From the NCBI GenBank assembly GCA_001949185.1, contig BDGG01000003.1, positions 2,587,158-2,651,157 on the forward strand: a stretch of 64,000 nt of DNA. The letters are read 5' to 3'. Every line of letters begins with the position of its first letter. The first letter of the stretch is position 1. The DNA is from Ramazzottius varieornatus. Its lineage: Eukaryota > Animalia > Tardigrada. The position numbers and the translations under genes were made by a program. Shown here in pieces: positions 34,880 through 48,313 of this stretch. Below the pieces are notes generated by a model that saw only the letters and a program-made list of their open reading frames with translations, made no database searches and was not told where the DNA came from.

Positions 34880-35344
34880 AATGAGGTCGTTTTCTAAATT
34901 TAATGCCGTACCAGTCCGACATAGGTGAAGAAGTTCCGAAAGAACGTGGATTGGGTCCGGAAGACTGAGCATGCCATCAGATACTCTGTAGGAACAATGA
35001 CATGTCTGAGTCAAAGTCATATCATACGCGAGCCGCACAAGAGGAAAGGAATCACCAACCGATAAACTGCAGCACAGCATCGAGCTCGTGGTCCGCTTGG
35101 ATACTCTACAAAATAGTGCGTTACTTCCTGGAAACGGACGCCGCAGAAAGTGCAGTAGTTGAGTACCTTGGCTTCGTCCTCCTCCGCGCGTGTTTCTATA
35201 CACTGCGCCGTTTTTCGCACAAGTTGAGGAATGATTGCCATGGAGCTTTCCTTATCCTACGATCCAAGCGTATACGGACAGATTTTACAATAGTGCGCAC
35301 CGAAAGTCCGAATTTTACCTTTGCGAAAGCATTCCATACATCGG

Positions 35345-37366
35345 TCACGAAGATACCAAGCGTGGTATAAAAGTTGTTCTGCTCCACTCGGCGTCCAAAC
35401 TACAATCACAAAATATCGCTGAACGCCAAAAAGAGACATTCCACTTCGAATTACCGAAGGCGATACTTACACTGTCATCAGCGTCGGCTTCCTCGTCTTG
35501 CTTTTCAAGATACTCAGGCAACGTGACACTCCACATACTGTCATCAGCCGCATCGAGGATATACCCGTACTTTCCATTCTCTTGATCACTGCCGTCATCG
35601 CCGTTCTCATTCTGCTCTCCATCCGACACTTCTCCCGTTTCTTTGTCCGAATCGCCAACATTCTCCTCATCTTCATCCCCACCTTCTTCGTTTCCACTCT
35701 CATCTCCGTCCGACTCCTGGTCACCTCCCAGCCCATAAGTATGCCCATCATCTAAGCTCCTGTAAAGCAAAACAGTCGATTCAACTCTAACAAAATTCAA
35801 CCAATAGTCAAAGTTTATGTGATGTCCACTTACGCCTTGATCACTCCCTGTTTACCGATTTCAGCAAACTTCTGCTGGAACAGGGTCTTCACACGCTTCT
35901 TGTCGTAAAAGTCATTTCCGGCGAGGACGACAGCTTGCAGAACAGGCATGCCTGTGAGGTACTTCAGAACTTCTTCCTCCACGTTGCCTTCCACAGAGTT
36001 ATCCCCAATGTCTAGAATCTAAACCAACCCGAGCACTTAGCACCCACAGTTATTTTCTTGCAGCTGGATGATGACCGTATGAGTCACATACCTTCAAGTC
36101 CCTGCAATGTCTTTGAAGAGCTCGAAGCACTCCCAGCATGCCATTGTCAGTTATTAAGCAGGAGTTGAGTCGAAGATCCTCCAGTTTTGGCCAGTTCTTG
36201 ATAGCCTGAGAACACGACAGCAGTTATAGCGTATAGAATGGCAAGGACGGATATAGAATCGCGCAGGAGACTAGACTTACGTTTGCAAGGGCTTGCTCTG
36301 CTTGAGGAGAGTTAACATTGTTGTCCAAAATATCCAAACGTCGTAATTCTTTGTTGGATGAGAGACCTTGAAGCAAAGCTGTTAACCCCACTGCGTTTAT
36401 TCCACATTGGTAAACCTCGACTTCTTGCAATGAAGTGAAATGCTGGTGGAAAGAAAACAGATCGTTAGTTATGCGTTCCAATCTGTCAACCGGAAGTGAT
36501 GTAAAAATTAATAGTCTCGTACATACTGTAAAAGCTTTGCCAACAGCGATGGCGCCAGGATCTTCCAGTCGATGCTTTGACGATTTAAAGATCCGGAGTT
36601 GAAGCTGCTGGCCTTCGAGCCCAGCGTTGCGGTGAAGCTCGGTCAAGAGATCACCTAGCACTTGACCACCTTCTGGACTAAGGCCGAGATCGCTCATCTT
36701 TAGGACTTCCAGCTTGAAGCAAGTCTGACTGGTAAGAATGGCCTGCATTCCGCGGATACCAGTCCCACGAAAAGCATTTTCGGAAATGTCTAGAAGCTTC
36801 AGCTGACAGCGAGACTCAGCAACGCCGGCTGATATCGCTTCCTAAGAGAAAGAAATACTGCTCAGTTACTTCTGCTCTAAACTTACTCGGCCAGAAATCA
36901 ACCAATGTTGTAATGACTCACGAGGCACTCGAGAACTTCGTCGATCTGTTTTCCTTTAAAAGCCGCGACCATGTGGAGCTCCTGTGAACACAAAACGGCC
37001 ATCAATCTAGGCCTAAAGGTGTTTATGCGCGCGTCGATGAACGTCATTAGGCAACGGAAAAATTCGTACCTGTAACTCGCCATGGTTCGCTAACGTCTTT
37101 CCAAGAATGACCGCTTCGCTTTTCCCGATGCTCACTTGGCTCAAGTGGAGAACATCGATATGTTTCGCGGAGTTGAGAACATTAATGAACGGTTCAACTG
37201 TAGGAAGCACAAAATTGGTTATGACTGAACACGAATGAGGCCAACCTAACTTCGTGAAAACTGACAACAATTCCAGCTTACTTTCTTCTGGCCGGCTGAA
37301 CTGCGCTGTCTTGGGCGGTACGTGATCCACCAACCTCACGATTTTCTGCGGCGACTGTCCTGCCAT
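35345..37366 (-). CDS. RanGAP: Divergent Ran GTPase-activating protein (LRR + acidic tract)
   Basis: ~8 exons. LRRs LKLLDISENAFRGTG, LEVLKMSDLGLSPEGG, LRIFKSSKHRLEDPGA, QCGINAVGLTAL, LDILDNNV, LNSCLI, LDIGDN, followed by a D/E tract (DQESDGDESGNEEGGDEDEE). No SUMO-attachment tail seen. Confidence 0.75.
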
Positions 37367-38501
37367 ACTGATCCAGATAAGGCTGCAGAATACTAGAAAC
37401 AGAACGCCGGAACGTAGAGACTGAAGAAGGACAGAGGTCTATCTCTTCTGGTCCTGGACAAATTGTCGGAAATGAAAGCGAAAGAGAATGAAAACTACTG
37501 TGCGCTTTCTGGGCGCCCCGCCACCTGGACGGAAATTAGCGGGTAATCCCTCACTTTTCTCGAGTTCGCCTTCGCCGGAAAATCGCGCTTGGGATAAACA
37601 CGGGAAAGTCGGAGAGACTCTCCGGGTCGCCACCGAGCCCGGGGAAAAAGCAGAGCCGCTCCCGTTTCTGAAACCATAATAAATCAACAATCAACAGAGA
37701 CCCGATTTTTCGAAAAATGTGATAGTAAGTCAGTCAGCTTCGCCCTTCCCCGAAGCATCCTCCGCTTTCCTGTTTTCTCAAACCTCCTATTTGGAAGACA
37801 CTTCTTGTGCTCGGGAAGGTCTTCGAAGCCAGGAAGCGGTAAGTCCAGCATTCCGTCCTAGCATGACAGCATCCGCTGGCGGCTGGACGCAGGCTTGCGT
37901 GGTCTTGAATATCGCTCACTAACTTGTAAGCTGCAGTCTGTGGAGCACGATTGACCGTGTTCCCTTTCAAACTCGTGGTAACCAACCTTTATTTCACAGA
38001 TTTTCCAGGGAGTAGAAGATGGAGATGACTCTTAGTGAAGGTGAGAAAGGAGACAAGGAGCCCTTAAAGCGCGAAGATGCTACAACTAACCCAGGGAAGG
38101 ATGGTGCTCACACGTGCCCACCGGAAGGATTAGCTCGAGGGGATACTGGGGACAAGTTAACAGACAGGCAGACCTCTTCGATGGAAGAAAAGCATCGAAC
38201 ACAACAGAAAAATCCTTACTAAGACACCTGGACCTGATTTTGTTCGTTTGCTTCATTTAAGGTACGCATGTCTCGAGCCCATGTTGATGAAAGCCTGATG
38301 CCACATTCTGTACTTTTCCATAACACGATTCGGAGAATCTGACGTAGTGAGTTCGTCTCTCGCCAGTGTATCGGATTTTACAGACGGATTTTGATATCTA
38401 CTCCACTGCAAGCTCCGCCGGAAGTCTAACTCTAAAACCCAGGAAACGTACCGAACGATTAGCGATATGACCAAGCCACGTTCATTTCTTTAAGAATTAT
38501 A

Positions 38502-39614
38502 CAGGGTGAACACGTCAACTTGCTACCACCTGGAACTTACAGCGCAGAAGAAATGCAAAGTGCAGGTTCCCCTTTCGGTCCTTCACAGTTTTCGTTCAAC
38601 TTTTCAAGCTCTTCCCAAAGAGCCATAGTTCATTTGCACGCATTGAGACCCGAGTTGAAAAAGTTGATTGGCATGACTTCCGGTGGGGAAGACTTCTCGC
38701 CAGGAATGAAACAGGTTCTCTGGAACTCCCTGTTTGAGAATCCATTCGCAATTTGATTTCAGCCTGGGTATAACTACTCGGGTGCTCATTGAAAATTGGA
38801 ATAGATCGCAAGAAAATCAAACTAACTTGGGAAATGAATTAATATCGTTGACTTTGACCATTTTACCGGGGAACCCCTCCCCGTGGAAAAAAAAATGGAA
38901 AGTGTGTTCTAAATCAAGAGTTTGTACTTACAACCGCTTCTCATCTAGCTGAGTCCTTGGGCTAAGTTCTAATCACTGTCCAAGACGCAAAGGTCTTCCC
39001 GGGAAACTGATGAAAAGTTCTCGGAGTTCCCTCAAGATTTGAAAAAGTTGTTGATTCAGGCGAACCTTGTTTTCCTGAAAGGTGTTCCGGCACTCTGATT
39101 TCGCGCAGTCTGTCTCAAACCGTTTGTGATATAGATAGTTCACGAATTTGGCTACGCCTTCATGTTTTTACTTTGCGGAAAACGATTCAGACGATTTCCA
39201 GAAATCTTGTTTTTAGGCGACCACCCTTTATTTTTGCACGATTTTGCAAAAGTTGCTGTATCGGTGAATCACCAAGTGGTACAATGAGCCACGATGATTT
39301 TATGGGTTGCTGAACTACCATTAAAGGGTTTGCAATCAGCAGTTTTCAATCAAGATTGCAACTGAGTCAAAAAAGTTCTTCTCCCCGAGGGAGAAACAGC
39401 GAAAAGTTCCGGCCGGAGCAGTTCCGCGGCTGCACCTTCCCTGATCCCTGGTCAAATCTGGGCTTCCTGTAGACAATCTTCCAGGCTAATTTATTTTTAA
39501 AAGGCAGCAAAAGGGATACCAAAGTAAGGAAAAATAGTTAGGAGGACGAACATACACTAAGCCAGGAGCGCTATAATTGTTAAGAGGTGATAGCAAGTTG
39601 GCGTGTTCACCCTG
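38502..39614. mobile_element. 1.1-kb non-autonomous Tc1/mariner-superfamily element
   Basis: TA|CAGGGTGAACACGTCAACTTGCTACCACCT ... AGGTGATAGCAAGTTGGCGTGTTCACCCTG|TA. No transposase ORF inside. Confidence 0.85.
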
Positions 39615-39674
39615 TATGTAATCAAATTCTTAGTTTGTCTCATTCGGGCGTCGAACCAAGTAAGGGACCAAGTT

Positions 39675-40680
39675 TCAAGTTAGGGACGAGAGCTGTTGTA
39701 AGGGAAGATGGTAGTTATGATGGTGATGACCATGGCGGGAAGGTTGGGAGTGATGGCTTTGAGCGTTTTCTCGAGGCGATAGTCGGCTGTAGTGACTGGG
39801 TTCTCCGCGATGATCGACCAGTGGTCTTCTGTGGACCTCATGCCCTGTAAGATGCCACCAGATGTCATCGCCATACTGTCCCACAAGGTACCCAGCCAAG
39901 ATAGGTCCCGCGAGATACACGGCGAAGAACTCGTAATTATCATGGCCAGAACAGGAATAACTTGCACCGAAAGCCAGGCTCGGGTTTCTGTATCCGCCTG
40001 TTAACGGTCTTGCTGAAAGAAAATGAACGTTGTTTTCATCTAGCTCTGAGCTATGCTTAGAAGTTCCTAGCTGTTCAATCCAGTTACGTACCAGCAAGAT
40101 GGCAAAGGACTCCCGTCAGAGCGACCGATACGACGCCTCCTGTGTGACGGTCATCCCGATGCTGGACAATCCGGCATATGAAGGTCGTTACAGCTTCCAC
40201 TAGTAACCCAATCATCATGGGCACCTGTAGCTCCGACTGGCATATCTTACTAGTGTATTCTTTCGTCATTTCAGAATTTAGTAGTTCCGTACTCCACATC
40301 CATATAACATAGCGACCGCCAACCACCGCCGCGAAAATCTGCGCGCTGATACTGACGACCATCTTGGCGACCTCCGACAAACGGTCCTCACGCGTATGTA
40401 AATGTATAGTGCTGACAGGATTAGACAGCATACCGCGGTTCTCTGTCATTATACATAATACTCCGGTTAAGAACATACCGACAGAATAGGCAATCAGTCC
40501 ATAAGCTGTGTGGATGATTATGAGTTCTTCACTTAGTACGGCAATTTGAAACGCGCAGATAAGCTCTTCGATGAAGCGGTCGTGGCCGCGGTCCAGCTTT
40601 TGTACCAGTACAACTGCGCACTGGGTTGAGCTTATTTGCGCCAGAAGGGAACCTAGTGGCGTTTGTAAGATGTGAGCCAT
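39675..40680 (-). CDS. Unorthodox (AQP11/12-like) aquaporin
   Basis: Exons ~40680-40091 and ~40013-39675. Hydrophobic helices, boxes NPV (MLSNPVST) and NPS (TGGYRNPSLAFGASYSC) with the superaquaporin Cys, and YLAGPIL. His-rich tail. Confidence 0.8.
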
Positions 40681-40986
40681 CCTACCACAAGATACACCAG
40701 GACATATGAGTTAAAATTACAGATCAGGTGTTACAGCAGCACACAATGTCGTCCCGGCTTTCGCCGGCATATTTAAGACACTACATGAGAAGAACAACTT
40801 TACTGGAATGGAGCTATCCGAACGACTGCAAATATTCGGTTTATTTATTTGTGTTTCCATGCGACCTTGAACATTCGAATTCGAATCAGTCGGGCACAAG
40901 AGTGGTCGGAACTGTCTTCAATATTATTCATAAACAACTATCAAACAGTCGTTTCTGTTTTGTTTTGCTGAATTTCTACCGCAGTC

Positions 40987-43900
40987 ATGGCTATGGTACA
41001 GATAAAACTGATTCTGAAGGCGCTCAAGCTGAAGCGGAAGCTCAAACGTCTCAAGCTAGCTAAAGAGAACACCTTGCGAATCGAGCAGGGTCTCGACCCA
41101 ATCGTCCCCTTCTCGGAAAAGTTACGCATGTACGTGATCGACCTTCCCTCTGAGTTCGTTTGCAAAGCTTTATGCCCATGCTGTGTATACGATCGTTACC
41201 GGCACATCAAGAACCAGCGTCCGATCCCCAAGTCGTGTTTCGGGCGAATAACCCACCATGGGACATACGAGAACCAAGTGATGAAGAGCTGCATGGGGTT
41301 CCTGGGCGGGGTCTTCATCAATTACCTACTGTATTTGTACATGATTTACCAACTGCGTCTGCGTCTCTTGACCGCCACCATATGGTGTCTCCTTTTAGGC
41401 AATGTTCTGACGCTAGGACTGGCCTTTAGCGATATGGTGCGCTGTGTCGTACTGCTCATCATCCCGTCCGTCTTCTCTAGCAAAGGAAGAACGGCACTGC
41501 TGGCAGCTGCCATGGTCATGACGTTCAACGGGCCGCTGATGAACGCGGGAGAGAACGCAATGAGACTGGGTGGAACGATCCAATGTGGACAGGAGTTGCT
41601 GAAGAACACGACAAAGGAAGTCGTAAAAGAAGCCATGAGTACGTAAGTGCGGTTTTCCCTAAAACCCGATCTCGTCATCCACCTACACACCTTAGTCTGC
41701 TCAGTTAGTATGCAGTAAACTGTATGCAGGCAGTTGACAGTTCGATACATTCTGTATTTTTGGGCCTTCTCCACCTTCCCCTTATCAGCTACGATTAATT
41801 ACAAGAACCGAGTTGGTTCATGTTATACCCCGTTGTTTTAGCGCCGATCATCACGATACACAAAGCGCTGAAGACGGTTATGAAGCAAGTAATCGCCTTC
41901 GGGAAGAAGCTCAAGCAGGGCTTCATGGCTCTGGTGCAGGTCTTCCGAGACATCATGGACACCATCAAGCAGGTCTTCGCATGGCTGTCACACGTCGTGG
42001 AGCAGTGCAACATCAAGATTGGAACTCCAGCAAAGAAATGCCATAAGTCTATCGATCTAGCCGTCGAGAAGTGCAAGGTAACACTGGGATGGTTCCTCAA
42101 CTGGCTCTGCGAGATCGCCCAGGTCGGAAGAATCGCTTGTCTGGCTATGGATCTCATCGTCGCGCTGTGCAACCTACCAAAAGCCATCGGAGTAAGTAAA
42201 GATTGAAATTTACGATGAAATTTTCGTTGGTGTGGTTTTTTAGCCAAGAAATGCTTATTTGTGTGTTTTTGTAGAATGTAATTATTGGGCCGATAAAGCG
42301 CATGATCAAGAAGGTCGTTCAACGCGTCAAGAAGGAAGTGTACGTAAAGCTGATCTTCGAGCATCATATGAACTATACGTTTGAGCAGAGCAAGTCCATG
42401 TTAGACATCCGTAAAGAAGTGATGAGGGAAATCAAGGAACGTGTGGACTTTTTCGATTTCACCATCGAGCTGAGCGACATTGCCTTGTTCTTCGTCTTCT
42501 CAATGATCATCTTCAAAGCGTGGAACTACCGCCGATTGTACCTGACCAGAGACAGATACGACAATGGATACATCACTTTCACCGTCCGCGACATCGACGT
42601 AAGAAGCCCAAAGAGATATTTAGTGAAAAACCAGAAATAGTATCAAGGTAGCCTGTACAAGCAAACTCGACAAGATGGTTTTCCTAAGTGGCGCTTACTG
42701 TCAGCCAAAAACGCTGATATATAACGTACGGCACTTTGAAAACACTCTTGTCGAGCTCCCTTGTTCTCAGTCAAATAAGTCGTAAAATTAGCCGCAGTGA
42801 TGGTGGTTTGTAGGAAAGGCAAAGCGACTTGGGTAAGGAAGTTCTTCTTCCTCTACGTCGTGACGAACAGAAGAAGTACGTCAAGACGAACGCCTGGAGT
42901 CTCGCACACTGCGAGAAGAAGAAGCTCTTCACCTCCCTGGTCTTCTGGCTCAGTCCCGCCATGCAAGCTGCGTTCTACATGTTCATGGACACTACGCTCT
43001 TCTGGCTCCTAAACGTGATCCGAAAGTACGGAGCCTTCGATGCGGAGATTGAGATTCCAGCCAACATTGAACTCCGAGTGCGAGGGGCAGGGTTCCTGGC
43101 GGGTTTGTACCGAACCATCATCAAAGCCTTCAGTCCGCTGCTCAAGCTGATGCCCAAAGTGGACACCACACCTTGTCTGCCTTTCCCTAGTGCACCTGAC
43201 TACGCAAAGTACAAGAAGATATGGGGACTATTGGGTGCTGTACTGTTCTTGATCGTATTCGAGGCATATGGACTGCGAGTGCGACATGTCATCTGCAGCT
43301 GGTTCCATCCGAACCGCGAGAAAGAGGTACGAATGCGCTTGAATCGGGCATTGGATAGTGACGTTACCTGGGCACAGCCCTGACTGGCCTGTCCGGCATG
43401 ACCGATTCGCCTTCCTTGCCTCTCGTATTGTCCTGCTCGATGACTATAATTTGGCACTTCCGGTTGGTTGACAAACTTCTCGTTTTGTAAAACGCGCATT
43501 CTTTGTGTAGTCGGTGTCTTGGTGAATACACTGCTTATGCTGCCTTCGTTGTTGTAGAGAGCTGTATGGTTGTACAACAGCATCCTGAAGCAGCGTGGTG
43601 GGATTGTCAAGTTGATGCGACGGCGTCTCCGTGAAAAGTACGGCATGGACAAACTACGAAAGTCCGAAGCAGAGAAGTCGGGTATAATCGAGTATCTCGC
43701 GGCCCGATACAACTTGTTGCGGATCATCTTCACATACTTCGGGTATGTGGAGAAAAAGTACTGTATCTGTTGCGGGAAGCCAGGCTTCCAGGACGACTAC
43801 GACACCTTCAAGCACTGTCAAACCGCGGGCTGTACGGGCGTGTACTGTGAAGACTGCTTCCGCGATCTGAACAACGTGTGCGAAATGTGTACACATCCCA

Positions 43901-44229
43901 TCGAGTACGACAAATCCGACGTGGATGAAGAACTGGACTCTAGTGAAGAGGAGGAAATACTAAGGAAGCGAGAGGAAGCGCGAATGAGGGCTTTGTTGAT
44001 GCCAGCCAAGAAGTCGACTGAAAGTGATCTGGGGGAGATTGACAGTCAGGCAAGCCATGTCGATGCAACGGACTTGTTTCATTACACACAGAAAATGCAA
44101 GCTAGGAATGAAGCTGCACGACTGGGAAAGCCGCAGAACGATCGCGTGTCGGTAGACATTTTCGGTCCGAGACCGGAAGATGCGGACGATGAGGGGGGAA
44201 GCGACTCTGGTGAAAGTGTTACGGTGTAG
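40987..44229 (+). CDS. DCST2: DC-STAMP domain protein, DCST2/SPE-42-like (sperm-egg fusion factor family)
   Basis: Exons ~40987-41638, ~41833-42191, ~42274-42598, ~42813-43326, ~43558-44229. VRCVVLLIIPSVFSSKGR..GP..N, Cys-rich ectodomain, YLTRDRYDNGYIT, RVRHVIC..FHPNREKERAVWLYN, and C-terminal C4C4 finger CICCG..CQTAGCTGVYCEDCF..NVCEMC..ELDSSEEE. Confidence 0.85.
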
Positions 44230-44642
44230 TGTTAGTTGCGTAAGAAATTCGAAATGAGACAGCGGAAACGTGGTTCTCGGATCGCAATCGGCGATAACAC
44301 CGTGATACCAGTGAGACTTACAACACACGGCTGCAACTTGCTCAACGCGGGTTCTTGTCCAGCTCAAGTCACAGCATGTCGCACTTCCTTCTGCGCAGTT
44401 TTCCTGTGCTAAACGATTGCTCCCCTTGTCTTTTCTCGTATACGGTGGAAAACCGGAAGTGCTCTTCACTAGACTGATGTGGACCTCTGAGAGAGTTGTA
44501 CAGATCAATATTTTGCGTTACAACCTCTTTCTCCTACGGTGCCACCGGAAATGAGGATTATGAGGCCGCCATTCTGGATTTTTAGTGATTACCTTGATTG
44601 GTAGCGGATAACATTACTGCAGATATGCTACCTATGTCATGT

Positions 44643-44748
44643 GTACAATGTCGGGCTTGCCAACCCGATGTCACATGACTCGACTGACGACTGATTAGTG
44701 CTGCAGTGTCACGTGACATCGGGTTGGCAGGCGCGCCCGATATTGTAC
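44643..44748. repeat. ~105-bp intergenic inverted repeat (hairpin)
   Basis: gtacaatgtcgggcttgccaacccgatgtcacatgac pairs with gtcacgtgacatcgggttggcaggcgcgcccgatattgtac. Confidence 0.7.
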
Positions 44749-45247
44749 GGTGATACTGTAGAAGAATGTGGTAACTCAATCACGTAAGCAAGTTGCGCTC
44801 CCTACGATGTGGCTCCGCCCTTGTCCAGCTCCTTAGTCTAATCGTAGTACTATACTTTAGTCTCTACGACCCGCTGCGGTTGCGAAAGTTTATCAGCTAT
44901 CACTTTTGGGAGAACGCGAACGATTCTGGTTCTGCGCTCCTACCTGATCCTTCTGCTAGTTCGTGGAGGTTGCCTTCGTCCTGCAGGAAGTTGCTGGAGT
45001 GGCAGGAGCCGTGATAGGTGCTGTACTATCTTGCCCGGGACGTTTGCCCGCTGAACTTGGAAGGTAAGCTGTGCTATACTGTCGTGCACCTGTTCGGCAA
45101 TTAAGTATGCACCTGTGGCTGATGGTGGCTGTTTTCACGTCTGGACATCCGCTCCTTACTGTCGCGCGACGTCGGGTATGTGTTCTAATGATTGTATACA
45201 TCTGTAGGCGCTCTGTAACTCGAACCCTGCACTACTGTGTGTTTAAG

Positions 45248-47840
45248 ATGAGTGACAATCCGCTGCCAACGATGTCAAAGGAGTGAGTATTCTCCTCAAC
45301 CTTCCATCATGAATTTCAGAAACCACTGCCTGCATGTACCTTGGGTGAAAGTCCATATCAGACTGTCTTTTTTGCGTATTGCAGGGATGTACCTCAGGAG
45401 AGCTTCTGGATTTGCAATTACTGTACGTTTGCTGAGAATCCCATAACAGTTGGACGATGTGTCGCTTGTGACAACTACAAGGGAATCAGGTACGTGATGC
45501 GTCGAATGTCACAGTATTCCGTATGATATCTCTGGATTGTCACCAAAGCACGTTCCGCTGCACAGATGGGCATCGCTGTAGTGCAGGCTGTGTGAGTTCT
45601 ACTAAACAGAATATTTTGTATGCTGTAGGAGTGAGCGGAACAAGACGCTGAGGGCTACAGTGTGGGACTTCACTCTTCCGGCAGACCGACCAAGAGAGCG
45701 TCGACCAGCGCCATCCCGAGCTACAGCCGGACGGACAGTCGTCACCAGACCAAACCTAGTGAAGGAGAGAAATGTAGCTGCCATTATCCAGAAGAATATC
45801 GGTACTGCTTTACGCGCAGCCAACCCAGCTCCACCTCCACTTTCGGTCGTACCCCAGCCACCAACACGATGTCAAGTAGCCAGAAAGAGCATGAAAGCTT
45901 TCCATAAAGAAGAAGAGACCCAACCAGATGAGGAACCTGTAACCGAAGTCGAGACTGTTAGATCACCGCGTACGCGCAAGATTAGGTCCAAACATCGACG
46001 TAGTCGAAGTATTACCCATCGTAGTTTCAGTCGTTTCACACCAGAGGCTTCAGAATCTTCCGCTAGTTGTTCGCGTTCTCGACTCCGACGGAACGCAGAT
46101 GTGTACGCTATGGTCAGTGAAGATGACACCACACAGTACTGGCCGGGGACGAAGTTTCCAACTGTACTACCAAAGAAAAAGAAGAAAAGATCGACAATAG
46201 TTTCATTCGACTCAAATCTGCATACTGTATCCATACCACAGGTTAGGAATACGTATGGGTATACGAATGAAGATAGTATGGAAAGTACCGAGATTCCGGA
46301 GCCTACAAACGTGTTTTCGGTCAATCGACTACATAAGCAAGTTCGTGAAGACTTTTCCTTGAAAAGCATTACCTGGACATCGGTGTCGCCAGTTTCTCCA
46401 CAGAAGAGGTCGAAGAGACGAACACGTCGAGTTGTTGAACTTGAAGAGGACGGGATTAACTCACCCGCGGAAGTCCGGGCTTCCACACCTAGATCGAGAA
46501 ACCGAGAATTGGATCCAGCTGTACAAGTCATGAAAATCGCCACGGACCAGCACTGGCGGATCCTGACGCAGAGGGAACAAAGAAGTGGGACAGTCAGTCC
46601 GACGAAAGGCCGGAGAGATGGACATTCAGGATCCTCAAGAGGCCTACAGGACAGTATCTCACCACTCAAGGCTCGCTCGTACGTATTCTGTTACTTTGTA
46701 CATCAGAAAGCATTTCTAATAGACCGAATGTGAGAAATATGATGCCAAACGTTTTTATCTATCATGCAGGGATCGCTCGCCATGTCGCCCGTTCTCGTTC
46801 GATCAGAAGAGGGTTTACGCTGAGGAGACTGACGAAGATGGTTCTTTGCGTCAGAAGAGACACAATAAGGGAATTCTGAAATACTCAGGAGTTTCGTTTG
46901 ACGATCCATCCAAAAAGTCAAAGTATTCTCCATCGGTGCCAGCATTTCCACGCAGCGTGTAAGTCTGAAACTGGAACACAGTAATGGGAGCTGGGCAAAC
47001 AGAACGTACGAATTGTTATTCCAAGTGGCGCACTTTTACTTTGGCAGTGGCTGGATTAGTGCGCCACTGAAGGGTAACGATCTGTGCGTATTCTTTGCTC
47101 GGCTCCCACCTAGAAGACAAAACTGTTTCTGGTAAGAGTGTCCGTGCTTAGTCTGACATTGTGTTTTCATTTAAGGGTGGGTAGTTTCAGTGGTTATAGC
47201 GGACTGACACGTTCGCCACGTCTGGCAGCAAGAGAAGCCTTCAAGTTGGTTCGTCAAGAGCCGTTAGAGAACTCTGTCGAGTCTTCCAGTCAAGAGTGGT
47301 CCGATGATCTTTACCAGCCAAATCGAGAACGCAAAAGGCGCATCAACATCTCGCTGGAAAAGAGAGAGTCCGGCAAGATCCTAAAGGATGGAAACGCGAT
47401 TTACAGGACCAAGAAGGATCCACACGTTCGCAAGAGAAAGGCTCGTCCACTGATCTCGTAAGCTTTCATGTTTTTGGTGTGATGGTGTTTGTTGGGTAAA
47501 CAGAACTGACGCTGAATGTTCTGTTCACAGAGTTGCTGAAAAGCGCAAAAAGCGACGGGAAAATGTGGTGCCGGTCGGAGCGGAAGTCGAAGAACCCGCT
47601 CCGATAAACAGTGGAAAACGGTAGGTTGTATCAGTTAACTTGTCGATTTCGTATGGTTCATTAGTATCGCTCAAACTTGAAATTTCATCTTATTTTAGAA
47701 CTGTGACGGCTAGCTTGTTGCCGAAGCCAGACGAAAAGATCTACAAGTTCGAGCGTTTCGTCGTGCCGCACGGCGAGGTCGAACTGGCTTTCGAAGAAAT
47801 GATCTTCTCCGATTATGGTTTCAGCAGCGATGAAGAGTGA
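45248..47840 (+). CDS. RanBP2-type zinc-finger protein with a long basic, Ser/Arg-rich disordered region
   Basis: MSDNPLPTMSKE|DVPQESFWICNYCTFAENPITVGRCVACD, a 357-aa central exon, and further exons ending FSDYGFSSDEE*. Internal exon structure approximate. Confidence 0.6.
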
Positions 47841-48313
47841 GCAATGATGAACTCTCCCATTTGCTTCTTTTTTAAACAGTACTTGTTTAGTATAACAATT
47901 TACTTTGCGCTCCACACGGAAGCGTCGTGGGCACACTCAAAGTTCCATGATTAAGTTTCTTCCACTTGTATCTCGAAGACGTTTTGTCCGAGTTTTCTCT
48001 TACTTCTTTCGTTTGTTCGGTACTTCTTTCTAGAACGGATCATATTGCTTTCGTCCGAATGTGCGGATTCTTTATTTTTGCAAATCCGCTCACAGTGATA
48101 GCCGTAAGAAAAGCCGCCTTTGCCGATCGAAGAGCCCATTAAAGAAAAGATCTCTGCATCTGGAAGTAGTGCAGCTTAACTTCAACGATCAGGAACAAAG
48201 ATCAGGAGGTGAAGAGGCTCGACAGCAAAAGAAACAAAAGACCACTCACAGTTATCGAGAAAAGGCAACTTAATACAACGTCGAAACAGACAATAAAACG
48301 GAAATCAAGACCG

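Noticed and set aside
37700-38480. Short ORFs upstream of RanGAP (e.g. MEMTLSEGEKGDKE)
   Set aside because: No homology cues or convincing multi-exon model.
45872-46669. 265-aa minus-strand ORF
   Set aside because: Antisense shadow of the low-complexity exon of the plus-strand zinc-finger gene.
47176-47840. Possible CENP-C, shugoshin or sororin identity for the basic protein (GLTRSPRLAAR)
   Set aside because: Diagnostic residues (e.g. the CENP-C R..P..YW motif) are absent, so no symbol was assigned.
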